Positions 8,227 to 16,603 of a stretch of 25,360 nt of DNA are shown here, one piece after another. The position numbers and the translations under genes are program-made. Position 1 is the stretch's first letter; each line of letters starts with the position of its first letter. Below the pieces are notes generated by a model that saw only the letters and a list, made by a program, of their open reading frames with translations, was not told the DNA's origin and did not search any database. The stretch comes from an uncultured Gammaproteobacteria bacterium (GTDB taxonomy: Bacteria > Pseudomonadota > Gammaproteobacteria > GCA-001735895), in the NCBI GenBank assembly GCA_965364115.1, contig CBDTWQ010000001.1, positions 1 through 25,360 of the forward strand, written 5' to 3'.

Positions 8227-9069
8227 ATGAACTTCGATTGGACAACAAATTGGACCGCCTATATCGCCGGCTTAGGCGCTCTCTTGGTAGCGGCTTTGGC
8301 GGTATGGCTATTAAGCTTGTTGAAACGCAACGTTAGCATCGTTGATAGTCTTTGGGCGCCGATGTTCTTGGTCGCCTGCGTTGTCTATGCCGGGGAGCTG
8401 GCCGAAACCGGTCCGCGAGAACCGATGATTTTGCTGTTGGTCGGTCTCTGGGCGCTGAGATTGGCTGGCTACATTACTTGGCGCAACTGGGGCGAAGCTG
8501 AAGATCGGCGATATCAGGCAATCCGCGCCAATAACCAGCCGAATTTCGGATTCAAAAGCGTATATATCGTTTTCATTTTGCAAGCTGTGCTCGCTTGGGT
8601 AATCTCCCTGCCACTGATCACTGCTATGGCAAGTCACGTGCCATTGAACGCACTCGATTATGCGGGCTTTGGACTTTGGCTTGTCGGCATGTGTTTCGAA
8701 GCCGGTGGTGATGCGCAGCTCACTCGTTTCAAGTCAAATCCTGAGAACCAAGGAAAGGTAATGAATGCCGGACTGTGGCGTTACACGCGTCATCCCAACT
8801 ATTTCGGCAATGCCTGTATCTGGTGGGGTTTCGGTTTGATCGCGCTGGCGGCTGGTTCATGGTGGCCGCTGTTTTCGCCGTTGTTAATGACTTTTTTGTT
8901 GCTGAAAGTGTCGGGGGTTACGCTGCTTGAACAAGATATTGGCGAGCGGCGTCCGGGCTATGCTGACTACATGACACGCACCAGCGCGTTCTTCCCATGG
9001 CCGCCGAAAAAAAACGGCACAGCAAAATCGAAAGTTACCAACGCTAATGGCACAAAGTCGGATAGATGA
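8227..9069 (+). CDS. DUF1295 family membrane protein (steroid 5-alpha-reductase/ICMT-like C-terminal domain)
   Basis: NVSIVDSLW, WALRL, EDRRY, FEAGGDAQLTRFK, GLWRYTRHPNYFG, Y...TSAFFPWPP. Start taken as ATG 8227 after GGGGA. Confidence 0.88.
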   Translation: MNFDWTTNWTAYIAGLGALLVAALAVWLLSLLKRNVSIVDSLWAPMFLVACVVYAGELAETGPREPMILLLVGLWALRLAGYITWRNWGEAEDRRYQAIRANNQPNFGFKSVYIVFILQAVLAWVISLPLITAMASHVPLNALDYAGFGLWLVGMCFEAGGDAQLTRFKSNPENQGKVMNAGLWRYTRHPNYFGNACIWWGFGLIALAAGSWWPLFSPLLMTFLLLKVSGVTLLEQDIGERRPGYADYMTRTSAFFPWPPKKNGTAKSKVTNANGTKSDR

Positions 9070-9803
9070 ACCGTGCATCGCGTTATTCCAGTTTAACCCT
9101 GTTGGCGGTCGCAATCGTTAGCGTTGCGGTTCAAGCATCGACTAACGAGGCGATCGAGGAATATTGGTTTGAGGTTTCGCTCGATCTGAAGCCGCTAGGA
9201 AAGCATCGGTTTGTGGTCGCGCGAAGCGCGGATTCGCAGACAGTTGAGATCGAGGCTGATTTTAAGTATAGATTTTTTGGCATACCGGTTTACCGCTATC
9301 AGCATCGCAATCGTGAAGTCTGGCGAGACGGTTGCTTGCAATCGATCAGCTCAACAACCAATGACAATGGTGATCAGCTTTCAGTCGAAGGCCAATTGGT
9401 TGCCGAAGGATTCAAGATTAGCACTCAAGATCAACAACGGCTGCTCGCGACCCAGTCCCAGTGTGTTATGACATTTGCTTATTGGGATCAATCCTTGTTG
9501 CAGCAATCGGAGTTACTCAACGCGCAAACCGGAGAGATTCTGCCTATTGAGGTTCGTTTCGTCGGTCTAGAAAAGCTGCAATTGCCAGAACGCGTCGCTT
9601 CAAGTCGCCGGTATAGGCTATTGAACGAAACCAAGGATATCGACATTAACGTCTGGTATGAGCAAGGCAATGCGCGTTGGCTGGGGTTGCAATCGGTGGT
9701 CGACGGCGACCGATTGATTCGATATCAGCCGGTCAGCAAAGATCTATCTGTTAAAGACTTGCCAAAAACACCTTCTGTTAATGCGCTGCTAGGAGAAAGT
9801 TAA
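9066..9803 (+). CDS. Exported protein, DUF6134-like
   Basis: Signal peptide (..LLAVAIVSVAVQA), then GKHRF, YRYQHRNREVWRDGCLQSISSTTNDNG, LLNAQTGE, VWYE. ATGA overlap with the upstream gene. Confidence 0.7.
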   Translation: MNRASRYSSLTLLAVAIVSVAVQASTNEAIEEYWFEVSLDLKPLGKHRFVVARSADSQTVEIEADFKYRFFGIPVYRYQHRNREVWRDGCLQSISSTTNDNGDQLSVEGQLVAEGFKISTQDQQRLLATQSQCVMTFAYWDQSLLQQSELLNAQTGEILPIEVRFVGLEKLQLPERVASSRRYRLLNETKDIDINVWYEQGNARWLGLQSVVDGDRLIRYQPVSKDLSVKDLPKTPSVNALLGES

Positions 9804-9806
9804 AAA

Positions 9807-10352
9807 ATGAGGCCGATTTCGAGAATACTGATTATGCTGTTTAGTCTGATTTCAATTGGCGCCTGCGCCACGCCACAACCGATTCGAACCGAAAGCAACG
9901 TTGACCTTGAGCGTTTCATGGGTGATTGGTATGTGATTGCCAACATTCCAACCTTTGTTGAAAAAGGTGCCCACAACGCGGTTGAGTCCTATCGATTGGA
10001 CGACGACGGCAGCATCGAAACCACCTTCAGCTTTAGCGCTGATGGCTTTGATGGTGAGAAGAAGGTTTATAGCCCGCGAGGATTCGTTCGAGATGAAGAA
10101 TCGAACGCAATTTGGGAAATGCAGTTTATTTGGCCGTTCAAAGCTGAGTATCGAATCATGTATCTGAGTCCGGAATATAGCCTGACGATTGTCGGGCGCT
10201 CTGCGCGAGACTATGTTTGGGTGATGGCGCGTCAGCCCAGTATTAGCGAAGCTGAGTATCAAGCGATGCTTAGCTTGCTCGATGAAGAAGGCTATGATGT
10301 CTCGATGATTGAGAAAGTGCCGCAAAACTGGGGCGACTCGAATGATATTTGA
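9807..10352 (+). CDS. Bacterial lipocalin (Blc-like lipoprotein)
   Basis: Lipobox-like SIGAC; VDLERFMGDWYVIA (GxWY), WPFKAEYRI, GRSARDYVWVMARQP, GYD; AGGAG upstream. Confidence 0.92.
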   Translation: MRPISRILIMLFSLISIGACATPQPIRTESNVDLERFMGDWYVIANIPTFVEKGAHNAVESYRLDDDGSIETTFSFSADGFDGEKKVYSPRGFVRDEESNAIWEMQFIWPFKAEYRIMYLSPEYSLTIVGRSARDYVWVMARQPSISEAEYQAMLSLLDEEGYDVSMIEKVPQNWGDSNDI

Positions 10353-10379
10353 TCTGAATTCGAAAAGGCTGCGTACTCT
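10350..10379 (+). promoter_or_regulatory. Internal sigmaE(ECF11)-type promoter overlapping the lipocalin stop codon
   Basis: TGATCT (10350-10355) - 16 nt - CGTA (10372-10375) followed by CTCT; same spacing as the other two sites. Confidence 0.7.
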
Positions 10380-10383
10380 GCCC

Positions 10384-10812
10384 ATGACTTCTTCCCAACC
10401 AGTGTTAGACCGATTCAAAAGAACTTATCGACAACTGCATCAGATGGGCCCTAGCGAGTTGTGCCAGCTTTATGCGAATGACATTGTGTATCGCAATCCG
10501 GCGGCTGCAATACGAGGGCTGGTCAGGCTCGAAGATTACGTGGCGGAGTTGAGTTCTAATTTGAACCATTGCCGATGTGAATTTCTCGATCAAAGTGGCA
10601 ATAACAGCAACCTCTACTTGAAATGGATGCTGCATTTTCGGCATGCTAAATTGGGCAATCGATTAATCACCCTGCGTGGCGCGAGCCATTTGCAAATCGA
10701 AGAGAAAATAACTTTCCAAGAAGATTTGTTTGATATGAGCGCCATTCTCTCCGATCAGTTGGCTTTTTTGGGCCACCTCAATCGTCTGTTTAAGTTGCGA
10801 TTAGCCAGTTAG
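10384..10812 (+). CDS. NTF2/SnoaL-like protein
   Basis: F...Y..L, LYANDIVYRNP...IRGL, W.LHFRHAKL, GASHL, EDLFDM. Start at ATG 10384 preferred because the upstream in-frame starts overlap the lipocalin gene and promoter. Confidence 0.78.
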   Translation: MTSSQPVLDRFKRTYRQLHQMGPSELCQLYANDIVYRNPAAAIRGLVRLEDYVAELSSNLNHCRCEFLDQSGNNSNLYLKWMLHFRHAKLGNRLITLRGASHLQIEEKITFQEDLFDMSAILSDQLAFLGHLNRLFKLRLAS

Positions 10813-10832
10813 CCCAGCGAGAAAATAGGCAT

Positions 10833-12122
10833 ATGAAATTAGCGATTATCGGCGCCGGCATTTCAGGCTTAAGCGCGGCTTATTATCTGCACCGCGACCA
10901 CCACATTACGGTTTTTGAGCAGGCCTCTGAGATTGGCGGCCACACCGCTACTGTGGATCTTGAGGAGGAAGGCCAAAGTTATTCGATAGACACGGGTTTT
11001 ATCGTTTTCAACGATTGGACCTACCCCAAATTCATCGAACTGATGCAGTTGCTCAAGGTCGAATCTCAACCAACCGAGATGAGTTTCAGCGTGCGCTGTG
11101 ACAATAGTGGGGTCGAATATGGCGGCAGCACGGTGAACACGCTCTTTGCGCAGCGCCGAAACTTACTGCGATCCTCGTTCCATCGAATGTGGATGGATAT
11201 TTTACGCTTCAATCGAGAAGCGGTGCGCGACCTCGACGCCGGCGTGATAAAGCTCGATACCACGTTGGATGAATATCTGCGTTCTAATGACTATTCGGAG
11301 TCTTTCATTTTCCAATATCTGATTCCGATGGGCTGTGCGATATGGTCGTCCTCGACCCAGCGGATGCTCGAATTCCCGCTTCATTTCATGGTTCGTTTTT
11401 GTCAAAATCACGGTTTGTTAAGCGTCAGTGACCGCCCTCAGTGGCGAGTCATCAAAGGGGGGGCTCGCACTTACTTGGAGCCATTGACGCGTGGTTTTGC
11501 AGAGAACATTGTAATTGATGCTGAGATTGCAGCGGTGCGCCGCCTGCCTGACTCGGTGCTGGTTGAGATGGCTGACGGTCAGCAGCAGTCTTTTGATCAG
11601 CTTGTGTTTGCCTGCCACAGCGATCAGGCGCTGTCCTTGTTGAGCGATGCCCAACCGATCGAACGCAGCGCATTGAGCAGCATTCCCTATCAGAAAAACG
11701 AGGTGGTGCTGCACACTGATGATCGGGTGTTGCCGAGGCAGCGACTCGCCTGGTCGAGTTGGAATTACTGGCTACGTCAGCAGTTTCAGGAACGCGCCGT
11801 TTTGACCTACAACATGAATATACTTCAAGGCCTTCAATCGGACTCAACCTTCTGCGTGACCTTAAACGCGTCAGAAACAATAAACCCCGCCTTGATCAAA
11901 CGCAGATTCGAATATAGCCACCCCGTGTTTTCACTCGACTCAGTGACCGCGGTTAGTCAAATTGAAGCATTCAATGGTTCGAATCGAACTTGGTTTGCAG
12001 GTGCCTATCTAGGTAACGGTTTTCACGAGGATGGAGTCGCCAGCGCTCGCCGAGTGGCGGATGGCATCAATCGAAGCGTTCAATCAACCGCGCCAATGAC
12101 CTTTGCCAGTGCTAATGCATAG
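10833..12122 (+). CDS. FAD-dependent oxidoreductase (amine-oxidase fold), RSP1091/UfaD-like fatty-acyl desaturase candidate
   Basis: MKLAIIGAGISGL, GGHTATV, IDTGFIVFNDWTYP, EMSFSV, LHTD..LP...AWSSWNY, TYNMNILQ, YSHP, GFHEDG. Confidence 0.88.
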   Translation: MKLAIIGAGISGLSAAYYLHRDHHITVFEQASEIGGHTATVDLEEEGQSYSIDTGFIVFNDWTYPKFIELMQLLKVESQPTEMSFSVRCDNSGVEYGGSTVNTLFAQRRNLLRSSFHRMWMDILRFNREAVRDLDAGVIKLDTTLDEYLRSNDYSESFIFQYLIPMGCAIWSSSTQRMLEFPLHFMVRFCQNHGLLSVSDRPQWRVIKGGARTYLEPLTRGFAENIVIDAEIAAVRRLPDSVLVEMADGQQQSFDQLVFACHSDQALSLLSDAQPIERSALSSIPYQKNEVVLHTDDRVLPRQRLAWSSWNYWLRQQFQERAVLTYNMNILQGLQSDSTFCVTLNASETINPALIKRRFEYSHPVFSLDSVTAVSQIEAFNGSNRTWFAGAYLGNGFHEDGVASARRVADGINRSVQSTAPMTFASANA

Positions 12123-12900
12123 CGCGATTTATCAGGGCTTTCTTCGCCACCGGCGGTTTCAGCCGCGAAGCCATCAGTTTACCTATTCGATATTCATGAT
12201 GTACTTAGATTTGGATGAACTATCGGAGGTTCTCAAACTCTCGCGGTTTTGGTCCGAAAAAGCCTGGCGTCCCGCACGGTTTCGGCGCAGCGACTTCTTG
12301 GGAGACCCGACAACCCCATTGGGCGATGCGGTTCGACAACGAATTAGGCAAGAAACAGGTGAATGGCATCAAGGGCCCATCCGGTTGTTGGCCAATCTGC
12401 GTTACTTTGGTTTTAACATCAACCCGATCAGTTGCTATTACTGTTTCGATCAGCAGAATGTTTTGCAATACATAGTCGCTGAAGTGACCAATACACCATG
12501 GCAGGAGCGACAAAGCTATGTGCTCAAATGTGATCCGCAAGATCGATTTCAGCGTATCAATTTTCGCAAGCTGATGCATGTTTCACCGTTCAATCCTATG
12601 GAGATGGAGTATCACTGGTGCAGTAATGACCCGGGCAAGATTTTGAGTCTTAATCTCGAATGTCGAAGCGGTGAGAGTGCCCAAGTTGATGCGACTATGG
12701 CCTTAAAAAGGCATGATATAAACGAAGCCAGCTTACGCGGCGTAATTTTCAGAATGCCGTGGATGACTGTAAAAGTAGCGGGCGCGATTTATTGGCAGGC
12801 GCTAAAACTTTGGCTAAAACGAATCCCGGTTTATGATCATCCCAAGCTCGAAAAATTGAGCCCGGGTAGTCAACCAACCAACAACCAACTCAAGTTATAA
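12115..12900 (+). CDS. DUF1365 family protein (RSP1090/UfaO-like)
   Basis: HRRFQPRSHQFTY, FNINPISCYYC, AEVTNTPWQER, KLMHVSPF, IYWQALKLWLKRIP..HP. ATG 12115 overlaps the upstream stop by 8 bp. Confidence 0.9.
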   Translation: MHSAIYQGFLRHRRFQPRSHQFTYSIFMMYLDLDELSEVLKLSRFWSEKAWRPARFRRSDFLGDPTTPLGDAVRQRIRQETGEWHQGPIRLLANLRYFGFNINPISCYYCFDQQNVLQYIVAEVTNTPWQERQSYVLKCDPQDRFQRINFRKLMHVSPFNPMEMEYHWCSNDPGKILSLNLECRSGESAQVDATMALKRHDINEASLRGVIFRMPWMTVKVAGAIYWQALKLWLKRIPVYDHPKLEKLSPGSQPTNNQLKL

Positions 12901-12902
12901 CC

Positions 12903-14189
12903 ATGAATACGTTAGAAACGAGCGTTACCAAATCAATCGAAACCAGCCTAGTTGATACCCATTCGATCAAGCAATTTGCACCAATGTCGAAATTGGCCAG
13001 AAGCCAGGTGTTTAAATTTTTACAAGGCATACCGCACGGCCACCTAGTGTTCGAAGATTGCGAAGGCTCCTATGATTTTGGCGCAACGGACAATGCCTCA
13101 ACATTGAAAGCCACAGTGCGGATCATTGACCCTAGCGCCTACCAAGACCTGGCTTTTGGTGGTTCAATCGGTGGTGCCGAAGCTTATATGCTCGGTAAAT
13201 GGGAAACTCCCAATCTGCTTGATCTGACCCGTCTTTGGTCGGCTAACATCGATTTTATGAACGCCTTGGACGACTCCAGACGGCTCTGGCAGCGACTCGC
13301 CGATAAAGCGCTGCATTGGTTTAATCGCAACACCACTCGACAAGCGCGAAAAAATATTTCCCGTCATTACGATTTGAATAACGAGTTTTTCGCGTTGTTC
13401 CTAGATCCTGAAATGATGTACTCCTCGGCAATCTTTCCTAAAACAGACAGCAGTCTCGACGAAGCGGCGGTCTATAAGCTAGAGGTGATTTGTCAAAAGC
13501 TTGAATTGAAACCGTCTGATCACTTACTTGAAATTGGCACCGGTTGGGGTGGGCTTGCGGTCTATGCGGCCAGTCGCTATGGCTGCAAAGTCACCACGAC
13601 GACCATTTCAGAAGCGCAATTTGAAGCCGCTCAAGCACGCGTCCAGGCGGCCGGTCTGGAGGCGAAGATCACGGTGTTAATGAAAGATTATCGAGATTTA
13701 GAAGGCCAGTTTGACAAGTTGGTCTCAGTTGAAATGATCGAAGCGGTTGGTCATGCCTATTATCGTCAGTACTTTAGTGGTTGCGCATCATTGTTGAAGC
13801 AAAATGGTTTGATGCTGCTGCAAGCAATCACGATTCCTGATCAGCGCTATGAGTATGCGTGCACCTCGGTTGATTTCATCCAGCGCTATATTTTCCCCGG
13901 CGGTTCACTGCCGTGTCACGATGCGATCTTGTCCACGGTCAAGCGCAACACGGATCTGGTCATGGTGGGGATGCAGGAAATTGGTCTGGACTATGCGAAA
14001 ACGCTCGATAGTTGGCGTCACCGTTTTCTAGGTAAGCTCGATCAGGTTAAGGCGTTGGGCTTTGACGACAGTTTCATTCGAATGTGGCACTACTATCTGT
14101 GTTACTGCCAGGGCGGGTTTGAAGAGCGCATTATTGGCACTTCGCAAATATTGTTTGCCAAGCCAGGTTGGCGCGACACTCGGGCCTGA
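12903..14189 (+). CDS. CFA-synthase family fatty-acyl methyltransferase (UfaM/UfaA1-like)
   Basis: GSIGGAEAYMLGKW, NISRHYDLNNEFF..FLDPEMMYSSA, LLEIGTGWGG, VEMIEAVG, DFIQRYIFPGG, RMWHYYLCYCQGGF. Confidence 0.92.
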   Translation: MNTLETSVTKSIETSLVDTHSIKQFAPMSKLARSQVFKFLQGIPHGHLVFEDCEGSYDFGATDNASTLKATVRIIDPSAYQDLAFGGSIGGAEAYMLGKWETPNLLDLTRLWSANIDFMNALDDSRRLWQRLADKALHWFNRNTTRQARKNISRHYDLNNEFFALFLDPEMMYSSAIFPKTDSSLDEAAVYKLEVICQKLELKPSDHLLEIGTGWGGLAVYAASRYGCKVTTTTISEAQFEAAQARVQAAGLEAKITVLMKDYRDLEGQFDKLVSVEMIEAVGHAYYRQYFSGCASLLKQNGLMLLQAITIPDQRYEYACTSVDFIQRYIFPGGSLPCHDAILSTVKRNTDLVMVGMQEIGLDYAKTLDSWRHRFLGKLDQVKALGFDDSFIRMWHYYLCYCQGGFEERIIGTSQILFAKPGWRDTRA

Positions 14190-14208
14190 TTGAGTACAGA
14201 CTTAACTG

Positions 14209-16389
14209 CTAGCTATGCTTTCGCGGCGGCAAGCCGGTGTGCTGAGTTAGCAGTTTGCCCTTTTGAAGGCGGACAGACTGTTTGTTTTGGCTGTTTTTCC
14301 TGCGCGGGCTTTGATAGCTGCCAGCGCTTCGCGGTTGACGTTTGGCAATCAATTGATCTTTGTTACTGCCGATTAAATCCTCTCGACCCATATCAACTAA
14401 CGCATCATGCAGTAGTTGCCAGTTAGCGGGGTCATGGTAGCGCAAGAAAGCTTTATGCAGTCGCCGCTGGCGGTCGCCCTTGACCGTGGTGACGGTCTCA
14501 CTATCGTTCTTGACCCGTTTCAGCGGATTCTTACCGGTATGGTACATCGCCGTCGCGGTCGCCATTGGTGACGGATAGAAATTTTGCACTTGATCAGCGC
14601 GAAAGTCGTTGCGCTTGAGCCACAGTGCGAGGTTCATCATGTCCTCATCGGTAGTGCCCGGGTGCGCGGCGATGAAATAAGGGATCAGATATTGCTCTTT
14701 GCCGGCTTTTTTGCTGAATTTCTCAAACAGCGCTTTAAACCGATCGTAACTGCCCATGCCGGGTTTCATCATCTTCGATAGAGGTCCTTGCTCGGTGTGC
14801 TCGGGGGCAATTTTCAGATAGCCACCGACATGATGGGTGACTAACTCTTCAACGTATTCGGGTGACTCAATAGCGAGGTCATAACGCAGCCCGGAGCTGA
14901 TCAGCACCTTCTTGACCCCATCGAGGCCGCGAGCCTCGCGATACAGCTCAATCAGTGCCGAATGGTCGGTGTTGAGGTTGTCGCAGATGCCAGGGTAAAC
15001 GCAGGAAGGTCGTCGGCATGAGGCTTCAATGGCTTTCGATTTGCAGGCAATTCGATACATATTGGCGGTAGGTCCACCGAGGTCGGAAACCACGCCGGTA
15101 AAGCCTGGCACCTTGTCGCGCATGGCTTCGATTTCAGCCAAGATTGATCCTTTCGAACGATTCTGAATGATCCGGCCTTCGTGCTCGGTGATCGAACAAA
15201 AGGTGCAACCACCGAAACAGCCGCGCATGATATTCACCGAAAAACGAATCATTTCATAAGCAGGGATGCGTGCGCCCTGGTAGCTCGGGTGTGGTACACG
15301 GGCATAGTCAAACCCAAACACGTAATCCATTTCCTCGGTCGACAATGGAATTGGCGGTGGATTGAACCAGATCTTTTGCCCACCTTGGTTTTGCACCAGT
15401 GCCCGCGCGTTGCCGGGGTTGGTTTCGAGATGCAGCACTCGGCTGGCATGCGCATAAAGCACTGGGTCGCGAGTGACGTCGTTGAAAGAAGGGAGCCTAA
15501 TGACGGTCTTAAAGCGCTGCTCAAGTTTTTGTTTGACGCGAGCTAGTTTGTCGCCCAGCACCACCTCTGAACGGGAGGACAGTTCCTTATTGGGCGCCTC
15601 CTCACAAACACTTTCGTCGATGATTTGGTAAGGACTGAGCGGCTTCTCAACTCGACCTGGTTTGTCAACGTTAGTTGAGTCGATCACGGTCCAGTCGGCA
15701 GGCAAGTCCTTGATGAAGAAAGCGCTGCCACGAATGTCGGTGATATCCTCAATTGCTTCTCCGCTGGCAAGCCGTTGAGCGATTTCGACAATGGCACGTT
15801 CGGCATTGCCATAGAGCAACAGGTCGGCCTTGGCATCGGCCAAAATAGAGCGGCGCACTTTATCTTGCCAATAGTCATAGTGCGCAATTCGGCGCAACGA
15901 AGCTTCGATCCCGCCGATCACAATCGGACAATCAGTAAATGCTTCCCGGCATCGTTGCGCATAGACGATGGAGCAACGGTCGGGGCGCTTGCCACCGATG
16001 TCATCGGCGGAGTAGGCATCGTCGCTACGAATCTTGCGGTCCGCGGTGTAGCGATTGATCATAGAATCCATGTTGCCAGCAGTAACGCCAAAAAATAAAT
16101 TCGGTTTACCCAGCGCTTTGAACGGATCGGTCGAATGCCAATCAGGCTGTGCGATGATGCCGACTCGAAAACCCTGGGCTTCCAATAGTCGACCGATGAT
16201 CGCCATGCCAAAACTGGGGTGGTCCACATAGGCATCACCGGTGACGATGATAATGTCACAGGAATCCCAGCCGAGCTGAGTCATTTCTGCGCGAGACATC
16301 GGCAGAAAAGGTGCGGTGCCAAAACACTCAGCCCAGTAAAGTGGATACTGGTTGATTGGTTTGGCTTCGGATGTGAGTTCGAATGACAT
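14209..16389 (-). CDS. ygiQ: YgiQ (UPF0313) family radical SAM protein
   Basis: [46 protein letters not shown] (CxxxCxxC), [25 protein letters not shown]. Start ATG 16389 preferred over TTG 16449. Confidence 0.93.
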   Translation of the reverse strand: MSFELTSEAKPINQYPLYWAECFGTAPFLPMSRAEMTQLGWDSCDIIIVTGDAYVDHPSFGMAIIGRLLEAQGFRVGIIAQPDWHSTDPFKALGKPNLFFGVTAGNMDSMINRYTADRKIRSDDAYSADDIGGKRPDRCSIVYAQRCREAFTDCPIVIGGIEASLRRIAHYDYWQDKVRRSILADAKADLLLYGNAERAIVEIAQRLASGEAIEDITDIRGSAFFIKDLPADWTVIDSTNVDKPGRVEKPLSPYQIIDESVCEEAPNKELSSRSEVVLGDKLARVKQKLEQRFKTVIRLPSFNDVTRDPVLYAHASRVLHLETNPGNARALVQNQGGQKIWFNPPPIPLSTEEMDYVFGFDYARVPHPSYQGARIPAYEMIRFSVNIMRGCFGGCTFCSITEHEGRIIQNRSKGSILAEIEAMRDKVPGFTGVVSDLGGPTANMYRIACKSKAIEASCRRPSCVYPGICDNLNTDHSALIELYREARGLDGVKKVLISSGLRYDLAIESPEYVEELVTHHVGGYLKIAPEHTEQGPLSKMMKPGMGSYDRFKALFEKFSKKAGKEQYLIPYFIAAHPGTTDEDMMNLALWLKRNDFRADQVQNFYPSPMATATAMYHTGKNPLKRVKNDSETVTTVKGDRQRRLHKAFLRYHDPANWQLLHDALVDMGREDLIGSNKDQLIAKRQPRSAGSYQSPRRKNSQNKQSVRLQKGKLLTQHTGLPPRKHS

Positions 16390-16603
16390 GGCGGGCGAGT
16401 CTACCTGATTTTCCGACAAGCTTCGCGAACTAGCTCGCAGCTTGGTCAAATAGGAGAATGGTTTGAAGGCATTAAGGTGTTTTTTCTGAGATGGCGGTCA
16501 GTTTGGCCTTTAGAGTTGCGCTAAACCATAATAATGTAGTCCGCTAATTCGAATATTAGTGGCGAATCTCAATTGGAATGCCACACTCGCTAAGCGCGTC
16601 TAA

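Noticed and set aside
9852..10418. 188-aa antisense ORF over the lipocalin gene
   Set aside because: No recognisable motifs; typical antisense shadow, like the other short nested ORFs in the track.
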